64,000 bases of DNA from Rhynchobatus australiae (lineage: Eukaryota): assembly GCA_034780895.1 (NCBI GenBank), contig JAUZTB010000042.1, positions 10,610,975 through 10,674,974 on the forward strand, read 5' to 3'. Each line of letters starts with the position of its first letter. Within the stretch, counting starts at the first letter, position 1. Both the position numbers and the translations under genes were made by a program. This document shows positions 62,730 to 64,000 of this stretch, piece after piece. Under the pieces are notes generated by a model that did no database searches, was not told the origin of the DNA, and saw nothing but the letters and a program-made list of their open reading frames with translations.

Positions 62730-63490
62730 GTGAGTCATAGAGCTACACAGCACGGAAACAGGCCCTTCGGCCCAACTCGTCCATGCCAACCAAATTGCTT
62801 TACTGAGCTAGTCCCTGCTATGAAGAGAAATTAACAGTAGCATTAGATTAGAAAATGCTCGCAGTGTTCCCAAACAAATAAAAACTAAGTCTGAAGATTG
62901 GGAAAATTTCAGAATTCAGCAAAGGANNNNNNNNNNNNNNNNNNNNNNNNNNNNNNNNNNNNNNNNNNNNNNNNNNNNNNNNNNNNNNNNNNNNNNNNNN
63001 NNNNNNNNNNNNNNNNNNNNNNNNNNAGAAAATGCTCGCAGTGTTCCCAAACAAATAAAAACTAAGTCTGAAGATTGGGAAAATTTCAGAATTCAGCAAA
63101 GGAAGACAGAGGCACTAAAAAAGAAAAGGGAAGGGGAAGGAAGGATACCAGAGTGTTTCAGCACAAAACATTAAAATGAACAACTTCCTTAGATACGTAG
63201 AAAGGAAAAGATTGGCTGGTGAGTGTCCCTCACAGACTGAGGCAGGAGCAATTACACTGGGGAATAAGGAGTTGGCAGAGAAATTAAATAAATATTTTGT
63301 GTCAACCTTCAGAGGAGACACTGAAACATCCGGAAAATAGTGAATATTATAGGTATAGAGCAAATAAGGAGCTGGAAGAAATTATGTCAATCAACAGACA
63401 TTTGAAATTCCCCCCACAATTAATTTCAGATACAAACACAAATCAGGAGTTTGTTGAAAGATCCCACTATTTATTTTTAAGAGATGAACA
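62730..63490. mobile_element. CR1 3' tail (-, 62730-62815) abutting a CR1 ORF2 linker fragment (+)
   Basis: acagcacggaaacaggcccttcggcccaactcgtccatgcc; then gaagattgggaaaatttcagaattcagcaaagg...ttccttagatacgtagaaagg...gggaataaggagttggcagagaaattaaataaatattttgtgtc. Confidence 0.8.
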
Positions 63491-64000
63491 AGTTCAGAAT
63501 CCTTTCCCAAATGTTGGCATGGATGACAAACGTGTGGAATTTGTTGCAGTTGAGGTAAATATAACTGACTGTCCGCTGTCAGTAGGGCACTGCTGACTTG
63601 TAATTTATGGATGAACTGAAGTTTGTATTTCAAGGTCTCATTGACAGTCCTTCTGCATTCACAGAACATACAATACTGGACTTGAATCATGGGCCACTAT
63701 AATTACAATGAACTGAGGAGAGACTTTGGGCTGGATCTTGCTGGCTGTTGCTAGAAGTTACAAATATAGTTGCCTGCATTTTAGCTAAAGAAAGACCAGA
63801 AAGTTTGAAATGTTTGTAAATGTGATGTCAATTCTCAACTTCCAAACTTACGGACAAATTTGGGTAATTTCAGTCTGCTGCAGGACACTCGGGAGCCGAG
63901 CCCAGTATTACTAATTCTTCAGCATTTCCTGGGAGAATTGCCTCTTGGATCCTGTACCCATCAGGTCAAACCTGATGCGGGATCCAAGAACTCTTTGATT

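Noticed and set aside
62849-63103. About 77-bp identical direct repeat around a 100-N gap
   Set aside because: Assembly overlap artefact within a CR1 fragment.
1-64000. Prokaryotic-type systems (operons, CRISPR arrays, defence islands) or endogenous viral genes
   Set aside because: No long ORFs, regular repeat-spacer arrays or viral motifs were seen; the window is vertebrate intronic DNA.

Overview
Vertebrate genomic DNA, not prokaryotic. The repeat families (HE1/V-type tRNA-SINEs, CR1/HER1-like LINEs, DeuSINE/SacSINE-like elements, Penelope-like elements, RTE LINEs) point to a cartilaginous fish, probably a ray or other batoid (inference). The window lies inside a large + strand gene that I recognise as ATXN7L1 (ataxin-7-like 1, a paralogue of the SAGA deubiquitinase-module subunit ATXN7). 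Two clear coding exons are present: 31317-31539 (ERRHG...REKSC) and 56222-56514 (VPVPVVSLEKIPNLVK...HKRLS). Both have canonical AG/GT sites and matching phases. The rest is intron, dense with decayed transposons and interrupted by N gaps, several of which are flanked by artefactual duplications. Most interesting observations: (1) a 42-nt, frame-preserving phase-1/1 cassette microexon candidate at 20448-20489, missed by the ORF track, with a downstream QKI-type element; (2) a candidate alternative first or poison exon ending at 23171; (3) a dispersed family of Penelope-derived inverted-repeat elements carrying minimal hammerhead-ribozyme-like cores, with the best copy at 37103-37132; (4) oppositely oriented young SINEs flanking the 223-nt exon, which could promote circRNA formation. 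Repeat boundaries are approximate and family names come from recognition, not database searches.
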